Source: an uncultured Acidobacteriaceae bacterium (GTDB lineage: Bacteria > Acidobacteriota > Terriglobia > Bryobacterales > Bryobacteraceae). Taken from it: a stretch of 64,000 nucleotides of DNA. The DNA lies in assembly GCA_963787545.1 (NCBI GenBank), contig CAWBDW010000012.1:972-64971 (forward strand), in the 5' to 3' direction. Position numbers and translations under genes: made by a program. The notes below the pieces were generated by a model, which saw nothing but the letters and a program-made list of their open reading frames with translations, was not told the DNA's origin and did not search any database. Positions 1 through 10,637 of this stretch are shown piece after piece (positions within the stretch are counted from its first letter, which is position 1; each line of letters starts with the position of its first letter).

Positions 1-146
1 CCGGGCGCGAGAGTAATCGTATCGCCTGCCTGGGCTGTGTTTAAGGCTTGCTGCAGGTTGCCGCCAGCGGGGACATTCAGAACAGCCGCGCCCATAATCC
101 CGGTCGCGACTGGGAGAAGAACTAGTAGAGGGTTAAAAATTCTCAT
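1..146 (-). CDS. secreted protein, N-terminal fragment (possible parallel beta-helix family); continues beyond window edge
   Basis: ATG at c146-144. Translation is MRIFNPLLVLLPVATGIMGAAVL (signal-peptide-like) followed by NVPAGGNLQQALNTAQAGDTITLAPG. It is not in the ORF track because the frame has no stop inside the window. An AT-rich putative promoter spacer lies upstream (147-235). Confidence 0.45.
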   Translation of the reverse strand, partial: MRIFNPLLVLLPVATGIMGAAVLNVPAGGNLQQALNTAQAGDTITLAP

Positions 147-206
147 CAACGTATAATTGAACGAGCAGCTATAAATTGTATATATAGTAACGTAAATATT
201 AACGAA

Positions 207-959
207 TTTTAATGTTCGCTGCGCGATTAAGACGACATGGATCCAGTTGGGCCAGGGCTTCGCGATCCGGCTCTGCAGATTCTGCAGCCGCACGCCCGCC
301 GCTGCCAGTGCGCGGGCAAGCAAACCACTCCGCTCGGGCGCAATCTGCTTTCGACCGCAATAGATGCAGGGCTCGTCCTGGTCGTAGGAGCCATACGGAT
401 TTCCGCCCAGATCTTGCAACCAGGCGGCAAGCGCGTTGGTACGCTCGTGGTTGGCGCCGACGAACGATTTCGTCGCGACGGTCCAGTTTGGGAACAAGTC
501 TCTGAGTCTCTGTTCGTCGAAGGTGTTGACGTGACCCCAAGGCGGGTTCGGTTTTCCGCAATGCCGGCAAGTTGTGCGCCCGATGCGCGTGTCCTGCCGG
601 AACGGTACACCGATTACAACATTCCGTTTGGCTACTCTCGCGATCTCGCTGGCCGCTTGTTCCACGCCGGGAACGTGTTCCAGCACTTCGGTGCAAAACA
701 CGCAATCGAACGAACGATCCGCAAATTCAAGCCGCCGCACATCGCCCTTAACAGGCGTAACTCGCTCATACGCGAATGCCGGTTTCTCCAGATCGAGCGC
801 GGTAACATGGCCGCAGTAAGCCGGAAGCAATTGCGTTACCCGCCCGTCGCGGGCGCCGATTTCGAGGACTGTTTCCTGTCCTTTGGGAAGAATTCGGAGC
901 AAGTCTTCGATGCGCGCCCGCTCTTCCGGGCTGCGCTGCAATAAATCCGCAGTACTCAT
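207..959 (-). CDS. class I SAM-dependent methyltransferase with C-terminal double CxxC (zinc-ribbon-like) segment; no in-frame stop found
   Basis: Manual translation from ATG c959: MSTADLLQRSPEERARIEDLLRILPKGQETVLEIGARDGRVT...FDCVFCTEVLEHVPG...CRHCGKPNPPWGHV...CIYCGRKQ...PNWIHVVLIAQRTLK. The LEIGARDG segment is a SAM-binding motif I. The ATG overlaps the TGA (ATGA) of the corrected upstream glycosyltransferase frame. The frame stays open to position 1, so the 3' end given here is arbitrary. Confidence 0.75.
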
Positions 960-2183
960 GGGAGGCACTCGTTTGGCTCGATCAGGCAGGATAACACTTC
1001 GGCTTGGCGCTCCGCATCGAAGATCTCTCGAAACCACGCGGATGGCACAGCCGGCTCGGAAGAGCAAGTCGAGGAATTTTCTCAGCGTGCTGTCGATTTC
1101 CTCCTCTGGGGCGTCCGGGTACAGGCAAGCGTAGGGAATTCCGGCCCGCGCGAGAATCCGTTCGACCGAAGAGCCGCGCGAGGTCAATGCCAGAATTGGC
1201 CGTCCGATCGTGAGGTACTCGAACAGCTTCGCCGGTACTTGCAACCCGGCGCCCTCCCCGAGCACGTCGAGCAGCAGAAGATAATCCGATTCCGCTGTCA
1301 TGCGTTGGCTGTCCTGCTTGGAAATCTGTCTGGATTCAAAATCGACCATTTCAGTTGTACGAAGGCGCTCAATCGTCTCTCCCGCCGCACTGTCCAGATT
1401 AGCCGGCCCGAGCAGGCAAATTCGCAGCGATTGCGCCGACACCTCTCCGCGCCGGGCAAGCCTTTCGATACTCTTCAGGAGAATGGTCGGCTGTCGGGTG
1501 CCGTAGACGGTTCCGATGTGCGTAAGCGTCTTCGCCGCACGCGCGGGCAATGGCAGGGCGGCAGGCGACGTCTCCGGATCGAAGCCATTCCAGAGTACAT
1601 GAATCTTGCTCTTCGCCTCCGGGTAGCGCTTGCGCCACGCTTCGGCGACCGGTTCGGTATTGGCGATCACGGCGTCGGCATGCCGGAAGATCTGCCGTTC
1701 GACGATTCTGTCGATGGCTCTCACCCGGCGCAATTTGCGAAAGGGATTGCCGGCCAGGGGGTCGCGGAAATCGGCGATCCAGCGGGTTCGATAGCGGCGC
1801 TTCAACCATAACGCCGCCAGATGTGTAGCTACGGGCGGAGAAGTCGAAAACAAAACCGGCGGCGGCGACTGCCGCATCCATGTCCGGGCGGCGCGAACGG
1901 CGCCGGGGAGCCAGGTGGTGCCTTCATCGTAAGGGAAAAGCGCTATGCGCATGGCCTGCTCCAGCCGGTTCACGCGTGGAATGTGCTCAAGCTCGCCGCG
2001 CACACGATAGACGTGGGCGCTCTCTTGAATCATTCCACGCTCGGGCCCGGCGGCTAGGACGGTTACTTCGTGACCCAGGCGCTCCAGGTATTTGGCAAAC
2101 CGGCCGGGGCGGTCCGCGCCGGAATAGTTATCCGGCGGAAAAACATAGGCAAGGATGAGAATCGGGCTTGGATTCAGCGCCAC
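956..2183 (-). CDS. glycosyltransferase family 4 (GT-B fold), frameshifted near its 3' end as assembled
   Basis: Manual translation from GTG c2183: VALNPSPILILAYVFPPDNYSGADRPGRFAKYLERLGHEVTVLAAG...NGFDPE...EYLTIGRPILALTSRGSSVERIL, which has GT4-like architecture. After the A4 run (plus-strand tttt 1077-1080) the protein-like sequence (...AWFREIFDAERQAEVLSCLIEPNECLP*) continues in the +1 frame. That frame ends in TGA at 956-958, overlapping the next ATG. Confidence 0.75.
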
Positions 2184-3422
2184 ATCCCCCGCGTATCGAT
2201 CACAACTTTCTCCATCAGGAGCCGCCGGTCGATATTGCGGAATTTCCGGTGATTGACCAGCAACAGCACGATGTCGGCCCGCGAGATCGCCTCTTCGGTA
2301 CTCGCCAGCGCGATGCGTTCGTGACGCGCAAGCTGCTTCGGCAGTTCGCTAATGTGCGGCTCCACGATCAACAATTCTCCAATTTTGGATTCGGCCAGCG
2401 CCTCGACAATTTCCACCGCCGGGCTTTCGCGAAGATCGTCGATGTCGGCTTTAAAAGAGAGCCCCAGGCAGGCGATCACGGGATTCGAGAAGCGCTGCGA
2501 GCGTTCGCGCACGCGGCGAACTACATAGTGAGGTTTTAGATCGTTCACTTCGCGCGCGGTCCGCATGAGTTTCGCCTGTTCGGGGGCGGAATCGACGATG
2601 AACCACGGATCTACGGCGATGCAGTGGCCTCCTACGCCGGGTCCCGGCTGCAGAATCTTCACACGCGGATGGCGATTGGCCAGCTCGATCAAATCCCATA
2701 CGTTGATGCGCAGATGCTCGCAAACCATCGACAGCTCATTGGCGAAGGCGATATTCACGTCGCGATAGGCGTTCTCGGTCAGCTTTGGTCATCTCAGCCG
2801 TACGGCTGTCGGTCACCAGGCAATTGCCGCGCACAAAGGTGCTGTAGAGGGCAACCGTCCGCTCGGCGCAGCGCGGCGTCATCCCGCCGATGACGCGGTC
2901 GTTGTTAACCAGTTCCGTGAGAACGCGCCCGGGAAGTACGCGCTCCGGACAGTAGGCGATTTGAATATCGGAGGCTTCGCCCGCCTGATGAGGAAAACTC
3001 AAATCGGGACGCTCGGCGGCCAGCCATTCGGAGACCTTTTCGGTGGTGCCGACCGGCGAGGTCGATTCCAGAATTACCAGATTTCCGTGCGCCAGCAGAG
3101 GAGCGATGCTCAAGGCTGCCGCTTGCACGTACGAAACATCCGGCTTGCGGCCGTCGCCCAGTGGCGTAGGCACCGCGATAAGAAAAACTTCGGCGGGCTC
3201 GGGTTCCAAAGTGGCTCGCAAGCGTCCCGCTGCCACCACACCGCTCACTACCGCCTCGAGTTCCGGCTCGACGATATGAATCTTGCCTTTGTTTACGGTC
3301 TCGACCACGCGTGCGTTCTTGTCCACTCCGAGAACGGAGAGTCCGTGCGTAGCCAGGATCGCCGCGGTCGGCAAGCCGATATAGCCCAGTCCGATTACGG
3401 AAACCTTTTCAAAAGACGCCAT
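2174..3422 (-). CDS. wecC: UDP-N-acetyl-D-mannosamine dehydrogenase (UDP-glucose/GDP-mannose dehydrogenase family), split by one frameshift
   Basis: ORFs 2736..3422 and 2174..2758 are contiguous halves. The first carries the Rossmann motif VSVIGLGYIGLPTAA; the second carries NIAFANELS...GVGGHCIAVDPWF. The junction reads ...TAEMTK|LTENAYRDVNIAFANE if one base is removed from the run at 2784-2786. wecB lies in the divergent operon. Confidence 0.85.
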
Positions 3423-3430
3423 TATCGTTG

Positions 3431-4688
3431 TTATCGGCGGTTCAGGCGCGTTGGTTCAGGCAGCGGTACAGGAGCGTACACCTGCGGATCTACAGAACCG
3501 CCTTCGACGCTCGAAAGCGTCTCTTCGAATCGCCTGGTTACCTCCTCCCAGGAAAACCGGGCGCGAATCAGATCGAGCCCTTTGGCAGCCGTTGTGGCGC
3601 GAGCGTTTTCGTTGTCCAGCAGCTCCACGCATTCAGCCGCGAACGCTTCGGAGCTGTCCGCAATACGAATATTCTCGCCGTGCCGCACCGGCAGGCCTTC
3701 GGCTCCGATGGTAGTGGAAACCACCGGGGTCGCGGCCGCCATTGACTCGAAAATTTTCAGCCGGGTACCGCCTCCCACGCGCAGAGGAACAATCGAAAGC
3801 GCGGATTCCCACAGATACGGGCGGACATCCGGGACTGTGCCGGTGATCGTGATGAGCGGATCTCTTGCCGCGGATAGTAACGAAGGCGGAGGATTGCGGC
3901 CCACTATGGCGACACTGGCCCCGGGCCTTCGCCGCCGGATCAGCGGCAAAATCTCGCTTATAAACCAGCGCACTCCGTCGATGTTCGGCATCCAGTCCAT
4001 GGAGCCGACGAAAACCAGATCATGCCTGCGCGCGGCCGAGTGCGGCGCAGCGAAATATTCGAGATCTACTCCGGTCTCGACCCATGAAGCGTGCTCGATG
4101 CCAAATCTCTCTCGCAGGGTTTGCTCATCGGCTTTGGAGACGGCGATTACGTGCGAGGCGGCCCGGCACATGATGCGTTCCCATTCGAACATGCGGCGGG
4201 CTTGCAATGCGAAATAAGCGCGATGCGCCGCCGTGCGTCCGTTTTTGGCGTGGCGTTCCCAGATCGCCGTTTCGACATTATGCTCGAACACGATCCAGCC
4301 GCTTAGATCTTCAATATTGACGCCGGGAAAGGGGAAATCACAGATCTTCGCGTCGAATTCGTGTTCTGCCAGCAGCCGCGAAATCGTCTGGCGCATGGCT
4401 GCCGATCGATATCGCGCGGCAGCTACGGGAAGCGCCGAATACAGGCCGGCTGCCAACTGCTTCACAAAACCGATGGAACGTTTCGAAACCAGACTCGTGA
4501 GGAACGGCATAGGCGCGCGTCGAGTATTCGCCGCTGCGCCGCAGGCCTTCCGGGTTGCGGCCGTCATCGAGCGCCACGTAATGAATTTCATGCCGCCGGT
4601 GCAATTGGCGCAGCATTTCGAGCGTGCGGATCTGGCCTCCACGCGTGGTCGGATGTAGAAAATCCGTCTTCACCCACAGGATCTTCAT
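3431..4688 (-). CDS. glycosyltransferase family 4 (EPS-locus sugar transferase type), split by one frameshift
   Basis: The N-terminus MKILWVKTDFLHPTTRGGQIRTLEMLRQLHRRHEIHYVALDD (inside ORF 4338..4793) joins ORF 3431..4642 (...SIGFVKQLAAGLYSALPVAAARY...VGSMDWMPNIDG...RVGGGTRLKIFESMAAATPVVST). The junction is at the aaa run 4486-4488. The ATG c4688 overlaps the asnB stop (ATGA). Confidence 0.8.
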
Positions 4689-6628
4689 GACACGGTTTCG
4701 GCGACGGGCGCGTGCAGCAATCCTTCCAAATGCTTCTCGCCGCGGCCAGTAAGGAAGAGGTCTCCCCAGATTTGCAGATTCAGCAGCCGCCATAGCCGGT
4801 CAGTGGCATCTTCGACGCCGCTGCGCTGCCGCTCGATCAAATTCTTCAGGAAAGCGGAATCGACATATTCGGCCAGCAGGCCGTTGCGGTCGAGCAGCAG
4901 GTCGAACAACGGTTGCGCGCGGTCGTCGAGCAACCAGTCGCGGACAGGCGTGGGGAATCCCATTTTTTTGCGGTAAATAATTTCGCGCGGGAGCAGATCT
5001 TCCACCGCGCGCTTCACGATGTATTTGCCTTCCCCATTCCGGATTTTTAAATCGTCCGGCACACGCGCCGCAAATTCGACCAGCGGATGATCGAGAAACG
5101 GTACGCGGCTCTCAATGGAAGATGCCATGCTCATCTGGTCCTGCTTCATCAGCAGTTCCATCAGATACGTTTTCTGGTCGGCGTAGAGCATTTGCGAAAG
5201 AATTGAGCCGCCGCGCGCGTTCCAGTAGCGAAGATAACTCGCGTAGGGATTCCGGCGCGCCAGTTCGGGAGCGCTGAGCATCGCGGCGCGTTCGGCCGCG
5301 GAAAAGGCTCCATAGAAATTGTCGAGGTGCAGCGATTCGACGCTGTTTTCGCGGCCAAGAAACGTATGCTGCAGCTTGCGTCGCAAATTCGCCGAGAGCA
5401 GTCCGGAACTGTTGATGGCGTTGCGCCCTGCGCCCCGCAACACGCCTGGAACCATGCCGTACAGATTCGCCCAGCGCCGGTTCCGCAAATAATGCCCGTA
5501 GCGGTGATACCCGGCAAACAGCTCATCGCTTCCTTCGCCGGTGAGCACCACTTTCACGTGTTCGGAAGCCAGCCGCGATACGAAATAAAGCGAGATGCTC
5601 GAAGGCCATGCGATCGGCTCGTCTTCGTGCCAGATGAGGCGCGGCAAGGTGTTGAAGAAGTCGTCCATGCCGATGACCACTTCGTGATGATCGGTGCCGA
5701 TCGCCTCAGAAACATGCCGCGCGTAGGAGAGTTCGCTGTAGCGCGCTTCCCGGTATCCCACTGCAAAGGTCTTGACCGGCTCCGTGCGGAGTCTCTTCAT
5801 CAAGGCCGCGATGGCACTCGAATCCACCCCGCCGCTCAGAAACATTCCGAGCGGAACATCGCTCATCAGGCGCAGACGCACGGTTTCTTCCAGGCGCTCG
5901 CGGCAGTCGCGAATCCAATCTTGCTCCGGCCGCCGCTCGGTTGATCCCGCTTCGGGAACGTCCCAATAACGCTCTATATCGATCCGCCCCGTATCGGCGT
6001 CAAGTGTAAGCGTGTGCCCCGGCGGCAATTTCCGGATGCCGCGGAACATCGTCTCTTCGCCGCCCGAATAGCCGAAGACCAGATATTCGGGCAGCAGTGT
6101 TTCATCAAGCTGCGCCTGAATTTCCGGATGGCGCAGCAGCGCCTTGATCTCGGAGGCGAAGGCGAAAAACCGCGAGTTCGAGAAATAATAGAGCGGCTTG
6201 ATGCCTAGCCGGTCGCGCGCGCAAAACAGTTTACGCCGGTCCGCGTCCCAGATGGCAAATGCGAACATGCCGCGAAAACGTTCCACACATGCACGTCCGT
6301 ATTGCTCGTAGGCGTGCACGATAGTTTCGGTATCGCAGCGGGTGGTGTAACGATGGCCGGCTCGCTCGAGTTCGGGCCGCAGCGCGGCGTGATTGAAAAC
6401 CTCGCCGTTATAGATGATCCAAACCGAGGCGGTCTCATTCGACATCGGCTGCAGCCCGCCCGCCACGTCGATAATGCTCAAACGGCGATGGCCGAGGAAC
6501 GCCATCCCGTCCTCGTGGACGCCATGCCCATCGGGCCCGCGATGCCGGATCGCATCCATCATGCGCCGCAAATCGGGCGTGGAAGCGTTACTGCGGGTTA
6601 AATTGACGAATCCGGCGATGCCGCACAT
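4685..6628 (-). CDS. asnB: asparagine synthase (glutamine-hydrolysing) family amidotransferase
   Basis: 647-aa ORF. It has the N-terminal MCGIAG (Ntn Cys2), the PP-loop LSGGVDSSAIAAL, and the length and order typical of AsnB. It sits in a polysaccharide locus, as exosortase/EPS-associated AsnB paralogues do. Confidence 0.9.
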   Translation of the reverse strand: MCGIAGFVNLTRSNASTPDLRRMMDAIRHRGPDGHGVHEDGMAFLGHRRLSIIDVAGGLQPMSNETASVWIIYNGEVFNHAALRPELERAGHRYTTRCDTETIVHAYEQYGRACVERFRGMFAFAIWDADRRKLFCARDRLGIKPLYYFSNSRFFAFASEIKALLRHPEIQAQLDETLLPEYLVFGYSGGEETMFRGIRKLPPGHTLTLDADTGRIDIERYWDVPEAGSTERRPEQDWIRDCRERLEETVRLRLMSDVPLGMFLSGGVDSSAIAALMKRLRTEPVKTFAVGYREARYSELSYARHVSEAIGTDHHEVVIGMDDFFNTLPRLIWHEDEPIAWPSSISLYFVSRLASEHVKVVLTGEGSDELFAGYHRYGHYLRNRRWANLYGMVPGVLRGAGRNAINSSGLLSANLRRKLQHTFLGRENSVESLHLDNFYGAFSAAERAAMLSAPELARRNPYASYLRYWNARGGSILSQMLYADQKTYLMELLMKQDQMSMASSIESRVPFLDHPLVEFAARVPDDLKIRNGEGKYIVKRAVEDLLPREIIYRKKMGFPTPVRDWLLDDRAQPLFDLLLDRNGLLAEYVDSAFLKNLIERQRSGVEDATDRLWRLLNLQIWGDLFLTGRGEKHLEGLLHAPVAETVS

Positions 6629-6777
6629 CTCGCTAAGTCGTTCTCCTCATAGATCTTGCGCGCAGTCGATTCCCTTCCAGTCTAGCAGCCGGATGCTTTC
6701 CAGAAAGCCTGAGAAAATTGTTTTTCACCTTTCTCTTTCAATACTTAGGCGAATCGTACACTAATCCTATCGGCAGC

Positions 6778-7902
6778 ATGGTTCGAACTCTTTTTATCTT
6801 TGGCACGCGGCCCGAGGCGATTAAATTATGCCCGGTCCTGCTGCACCAACGCACCCGCCGTGGTGAATTCGACGCACGCCTGTGCGTCACCGGACAGCAT
6901 CGCGAAATGCTCGATCAGGTCCTATCCGTTTTCGAGGTCGTGCCCGACCACGACCTCAATGTCATGCAGCCGGGCCAGACGCTGTTTCAATCGACTTCGC
7001 GCATTCTGGCGGCTCTCGAAGGCGTGCTTGCGGCGGAGCGCCCGGACCTGGTGATTGTGCAGGGCGACACCACTACCACGCTCTGCGGCGCATTGGCGGG
7101 ATTTTATGCCAATATTCCGGTCGCTCACGTCGAAGCCGGTCTCCGCACCGGTGATATGCGCCAGCCTTTTCCCGAGGAGATGAATCGCGTGCTCACCACG
7201 CGCGTTTCGCAATTGCATTTTGCGGCTACCGATTGGGCGCGCGGGAATCTCCTCTCAGAAGGCGTTGCCAACGGCCGCGTGTGGGTCACCGGCAACCCCG
7301 GTATCGATGCGGTTCTGTATGTGTCGAACGGTCTCGAATCTGGCCGGCTTTCGACGACGCATCGCCTGCCGCTCGATCCGTCCAAAAAATTGGTGCTGGT
7401 GACCGCGCACCGCCGCGAAAGCTTTGGCGAGGGCTTCGAGCGGATCTGCCGTGCTTTGGCGCATCTCGCCGAGCGTCCCGATGTTCAGATCGTCTACCCC
7501 GTCCACCCTAATCCCAACGTGCAGGCTCCGGTCAACGAACACCTGGCCGGACGCGCAAACGTCTTGTTGACGGAGCCGTTGACGTACGTGCCGTTTGTCG
7601 ACCTGATGCGCCACGCGTACATCTTGCTGACCGATTCGGGCGGTGTTCAGGAAGAAGGCCCTTCGCTTGGAAAACCCATTCTGGTGATGCGCGAGAAAAC
7701 CGAGCGTCCCGAAGCGGTCGTGGCTGGCACCGTGAAGCTGGTTGGCACCGATGAGGAGACCATTTATAGCGAGGCGGCGCGGCTGCTTGACGATCGTTCC
7801 GAATACGAGCGGATGGCTCGCATCCACAATCCATACGGCGACGGCCAAGCCAGCGAACGGATCGCGGATGGCATTCTGAGTTTCTTCGGCGCGAATGCGT
7901 AG
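6778..7902 (+). CDS. wecB: UDP-N-acetylglucosamine 2-epimerase (non-hydrolysing)
   Basis: ORF 6718..7902. The preferred start is ATG 6778 (MVRTLFIFGTRPEAIKLCPV). Motifs VQGDTTT, HVEAGLRT and DSGGVQEE are present. Confidence 0.9.
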   Translation: MVRTLFIFGTRPEAIKLCPVLLHQRTRRGEFDARLCVTGQHREMLDQVLSVFEVVPDHDLNVMQPGQTLFQSTSRILAALEGVLAAERPDLVIVQGDTTTTLCGALAGFYANIPVAHVEAGLRTGDMRQPFPEEMNRVLTTRVSQLHFAATDWARGNLLSEGVANGRVWVTGNPGIDAVLYVSNGLESGRLSTTHRLPLDPSKKLVLVTAHRRESFGEGFERICRALAHLAERPDVQIVYPVHPNPNVQAPVNEHLAGRANVLLTEPLTYVPFVDLMRHAYILLTDSGGVQEEGPSLGKPILVMREKTERPEAVVAGTVKLVGTDEETIYSEAARLLDDRSEYERMARIHNPYGDGQASERIADGILSFFGANA

Positions 7903-9714
7903 CACCGCCGAGCTGGCCTTCCGTGCCCGGCAGGAGCTGGCGAATTTGTATTTGCTCGCGGCCAAGCCTTCGTTTGCGGGCTCGGCTCCGGCGAAATTAG
8001 ATTTACCGGATCCGAACCGAATCGCTGACCGGCTGCGCAATTCCGAATTCGCATCCCAGGTGCAAACCATTTCTCGCCAGATTGTCGAACATCATTTCCC
8101 GCTGCTCGGCACGACTCTCGATACGGGGCTCGATATCCGCTGGCGCCGCGATTATGCGCACTCGCGCGAATCGGGCAGCGCCTATTTCCGCCGCATTCCT
8201 TATCTCACGTTCGAGGCCGTAGGCGACCACAAAATTGTTTGGGAGCTCAATCGGCACCAGCACCTGGTCTTGTTGGCGCAGGCATTTTTGTTCTCGCGCA
8301 ATCCCGAATTCCTGAACGAGATCGTTGCGCAGCTCGAAAGCTGGTTCGAACAGAATCCATTTCAACGCGGTATCAATTGGGCGAGCGCGCTCGAAGTGGG
8401 GTTCCGCGCCTTGTCGTGGATCTGGGTTTACCACCTTGCCGGTCCCGAGATGCCGGACGGCGTGCGCCGGCGCTTGCTGACCGGCCTTTATCGTCATGGC
8501 CTGCACTTGGCCCACAATTTGTCCGTCTATTTCTCGCCCAATACGCACTTGCTGGGCGAAGCTGTCGCTCTGCATGCGCTTGGGACGCTGTTTCCGAATT
8601 TTTCTGAATCGGCGCAATGGCGTGCGCGCGGCGCGGATGTGGTTCGGGCGCAGCTCGATTTCCAGGTGCGGGCGGATGGATCGCATTTCGAGCAATCGAC
8701 TTACTATCACATCTATGCGCTCGATTTATTCCTCTTCTTCTATGTGCTCGCGGGGCGCCCGCCGGAAATGCGCACGCGGCTGGAGGCGATGGCCGATTAC
8801 CTGTTCTGGCTGCTTGGCCCGGCGCGCCGCATTACGTTTTTTGGCGACGATGACGGCGGGCGCTTGTTTCATCCGTATGGCGAGCGCGACAGGTTTGGAC
8901 GGGCGACGCTCGCCACCGCCGGCGTGCTGTTCGGCTGTAAACTCTGGGCGGGCAATGCGCAGCGATTTGGAACAGCAGGCTGCCTGGTGGCTGGGCCCCG
9001 AAGTTCTCGATTCGGCTGCGCCATCGCGACAAATTGCGACGGGTTCGCGCCTGTTTCCGGACGCCGGAATGGCGTTTCTGTCGGCCGGAGATCTATTCGT
9101 CCAAATCGACGCGGGACCGTTCGGCTATGGCGGCGCCGGGCATAGCCATTCGGATACCTTGAGTCTGGTCGTGTGGCTTGCGGGCGAGCGGGTGCTGGTC
9201 GATCCCGGTACCTATAACTACATTGCCGGACCCATAGCGGAATCGGGCGAACGCGACTGGTTCCGCGGTTCCGGCGCGCACAATACGATTCGCATCGATG
9301 GACTCAATCAGGCCCGGGCGGCAGGGCCGTTCCGCTGGGAAGCGAAACCCGAGGTGGTCCGGAATGCCTGGCGCACGGACGCAGAGGGTGGCTTTCTCGA
9401 TGCCACCTGCCGCTATAGCGGGCTTCGAACATCGCCGCCGCGTTCTGCTGCGCCCCGGGAGCTTGCTCGTACTGGATGAAATCGCCGGTTCGGGCGAGCA
9501 CGTCTGCGAACAAATCTGGCAGCTTGGTCCCGCAGCCGATAAGGTTTCGCTCTCCTGTTCCGCGCCGGCCGCTGTAATCGAATCGGAATATTCGCCAGCT
9601 TATGGCGCAAAACAGCCTGGACGCGCGCTGGTCGCAACCTGGCGCGGCGAACTGCCTATCAGCATGGCCATGCTGCTCGAAACCGGCGGACAGCACGGCA
9701 TCACAGTCTACTGA
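7895..9714 (+). CDS. heparinase II/III-like (alginate-lyase/heparinase superfamily) protein, two frameshifts as assembled
   Basis: Three overlapping ORFs (7895..9145, 8496..9479, 9298..9714) carry consecutive parts: WELNRHQHL..., ...GYGGAGHSHSDTLSLVVW...DPGTYNY..., ...LLVLDEIAGSGEH...SPAYG. The junctions are at about 8935-8965 and at the GGG run 9420-9422. The ATG overlaps the wecB stop. Confidence 0.75.
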
Positions 9715-9773
9715 AGCCCGGCGCATGTTAGGAGAGTAATATTCACGCGCTGCTGTTAGCACTCCGGAACGTA

Positions 9774-10341
9774 TTGGCGGTAATCGGCCTGCTGGTGATT
9801 TTGGTCACCTTCACTCCGCTCGACCGCTGGTGGACCGCGGCGCTGAGCGGCGATTGGCCCGATTCACACGGCAAGACGCTCGTCGTCCTCGGAGGATCGA
9901 GTTCGCAGCAGGGATTGCTCGGGTATTCCTCGTATTGGCGCGCGTTGTATGCCGTCATGACCTGGCGCGAAGGCGGATGGAGCCGGGTAGTGGTTGCCGG
10001 CCGAGGGCGTAGCTGGTCCGCTGCGGGATTTCTTGGTCTACGCGGGAGTCCCGAAGGAAGATATCGTCATCGAAGATACTTCACTGACGACGCGCGAGAA
10101 TGCGCTGGCGTGTGCGAGCCTGCTCAAAAATGAGCCCGGCCCGTATGTGCTGCTGACCAGCGACTTTCACATGTTCCGCGCTCTGCGAGCTTTTCGAAAG
10201 GCCGGAATATCGATCGAACCCCGCCCCATCCCGGACGCCGGCAAGCGCGCCGTGACGTTCTATCTGCGCTGGTCTGCGTTTATCGACTTGACGGCTGAAA
10301 CCGCCAAAATCGGCTATTATCGAATGCGCGGCTGGATCTAA
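9774..10341 (+). CDS. DUF218 / YdcF-ElyC family protein, one frameshift
   Basis: ORF 9774..10133 (TM-like N-terminus, ...TLVVLGGSSS...RVVVAGRG) continues in ORF 9994..10341 (VAGPLRDFLVYAGVPKEDIVIEDTSLTTRENA...LLTSDFHMFRA). The junction is at the GGG run 10005-10007. The start is uncertain: TTG 9774, or upstream CTG/ATT. Confidence 0.65.
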
Positions 10342-10391
10342 CGTTCTCTTCAACTGCGGTAGTCGCTTGCGGGAAGCACGTCGAAGTACAG

Positions 10392-10634
10392 TCATAGTCG
10401 CTTGCCTCGCGCGCGCTGTCCTGCCAGCAGAAACGTGTTTGGAAATCTGCCGGTGCCGCACAGCTTGAAAGTCCCGAAATCCTTGTACCAGTCTCCATCC
10501 GGCACGTCAGGATCTTGGGCCTTCCAGGCAGCTAATTCATATAGATCTTTCTCGGAGATCTCCCGCTCGCGCGCACGATCGCGCAAATGTACCCACTTTT
10601 CTTTCGGCAGCCGTTCCCATTGAATCTTCGGCAC
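10392..10634 (-). CDS. hypothetical 80-aa protein, candidate partner (toxin-like position) of the upstream RHH gene
   Basis: GTG start lies 3 nt after the stop of the RHH gene (TAG ATC GTG), implying translational coupling. The sequence is protein-like: MPKIQWERLPKEKWVHLRDRAREREISEKDLYELAAWKAQDPDVPDGDWYKDFGTFKLCGTGRFPNTFLL. I recognise no family. Confidence 0.55.
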   Translation of the reverse strand: MPKIQWERLPKEKWVHLRDRAREREISEKDLYELAAWKAQDPDVPDGDWYKDFGTFKLCGTGRFPNTFLLAGQRARGKRL

Positions 10635-10637
10635 GAT

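Noticed and set aside
2961-4217. Long ORFs antisense to confidently assigned genes. Examples: 2961..4217(+), 21199..22161(-), 23488..24411(-), 25034..25843(+), 37391..38155(-), 40445..41314(+), 48315..49061(-), 50926..51642(-), 57023..57793(-), 61440..62342(-).
   Set aside because: Their translations are Arg/Ala/Pro/Gly-rich low-complexity strings, typical of shadow frames in high-GC coding DNA. Each fully overlaps a gene with clear family motifs on the other strand.
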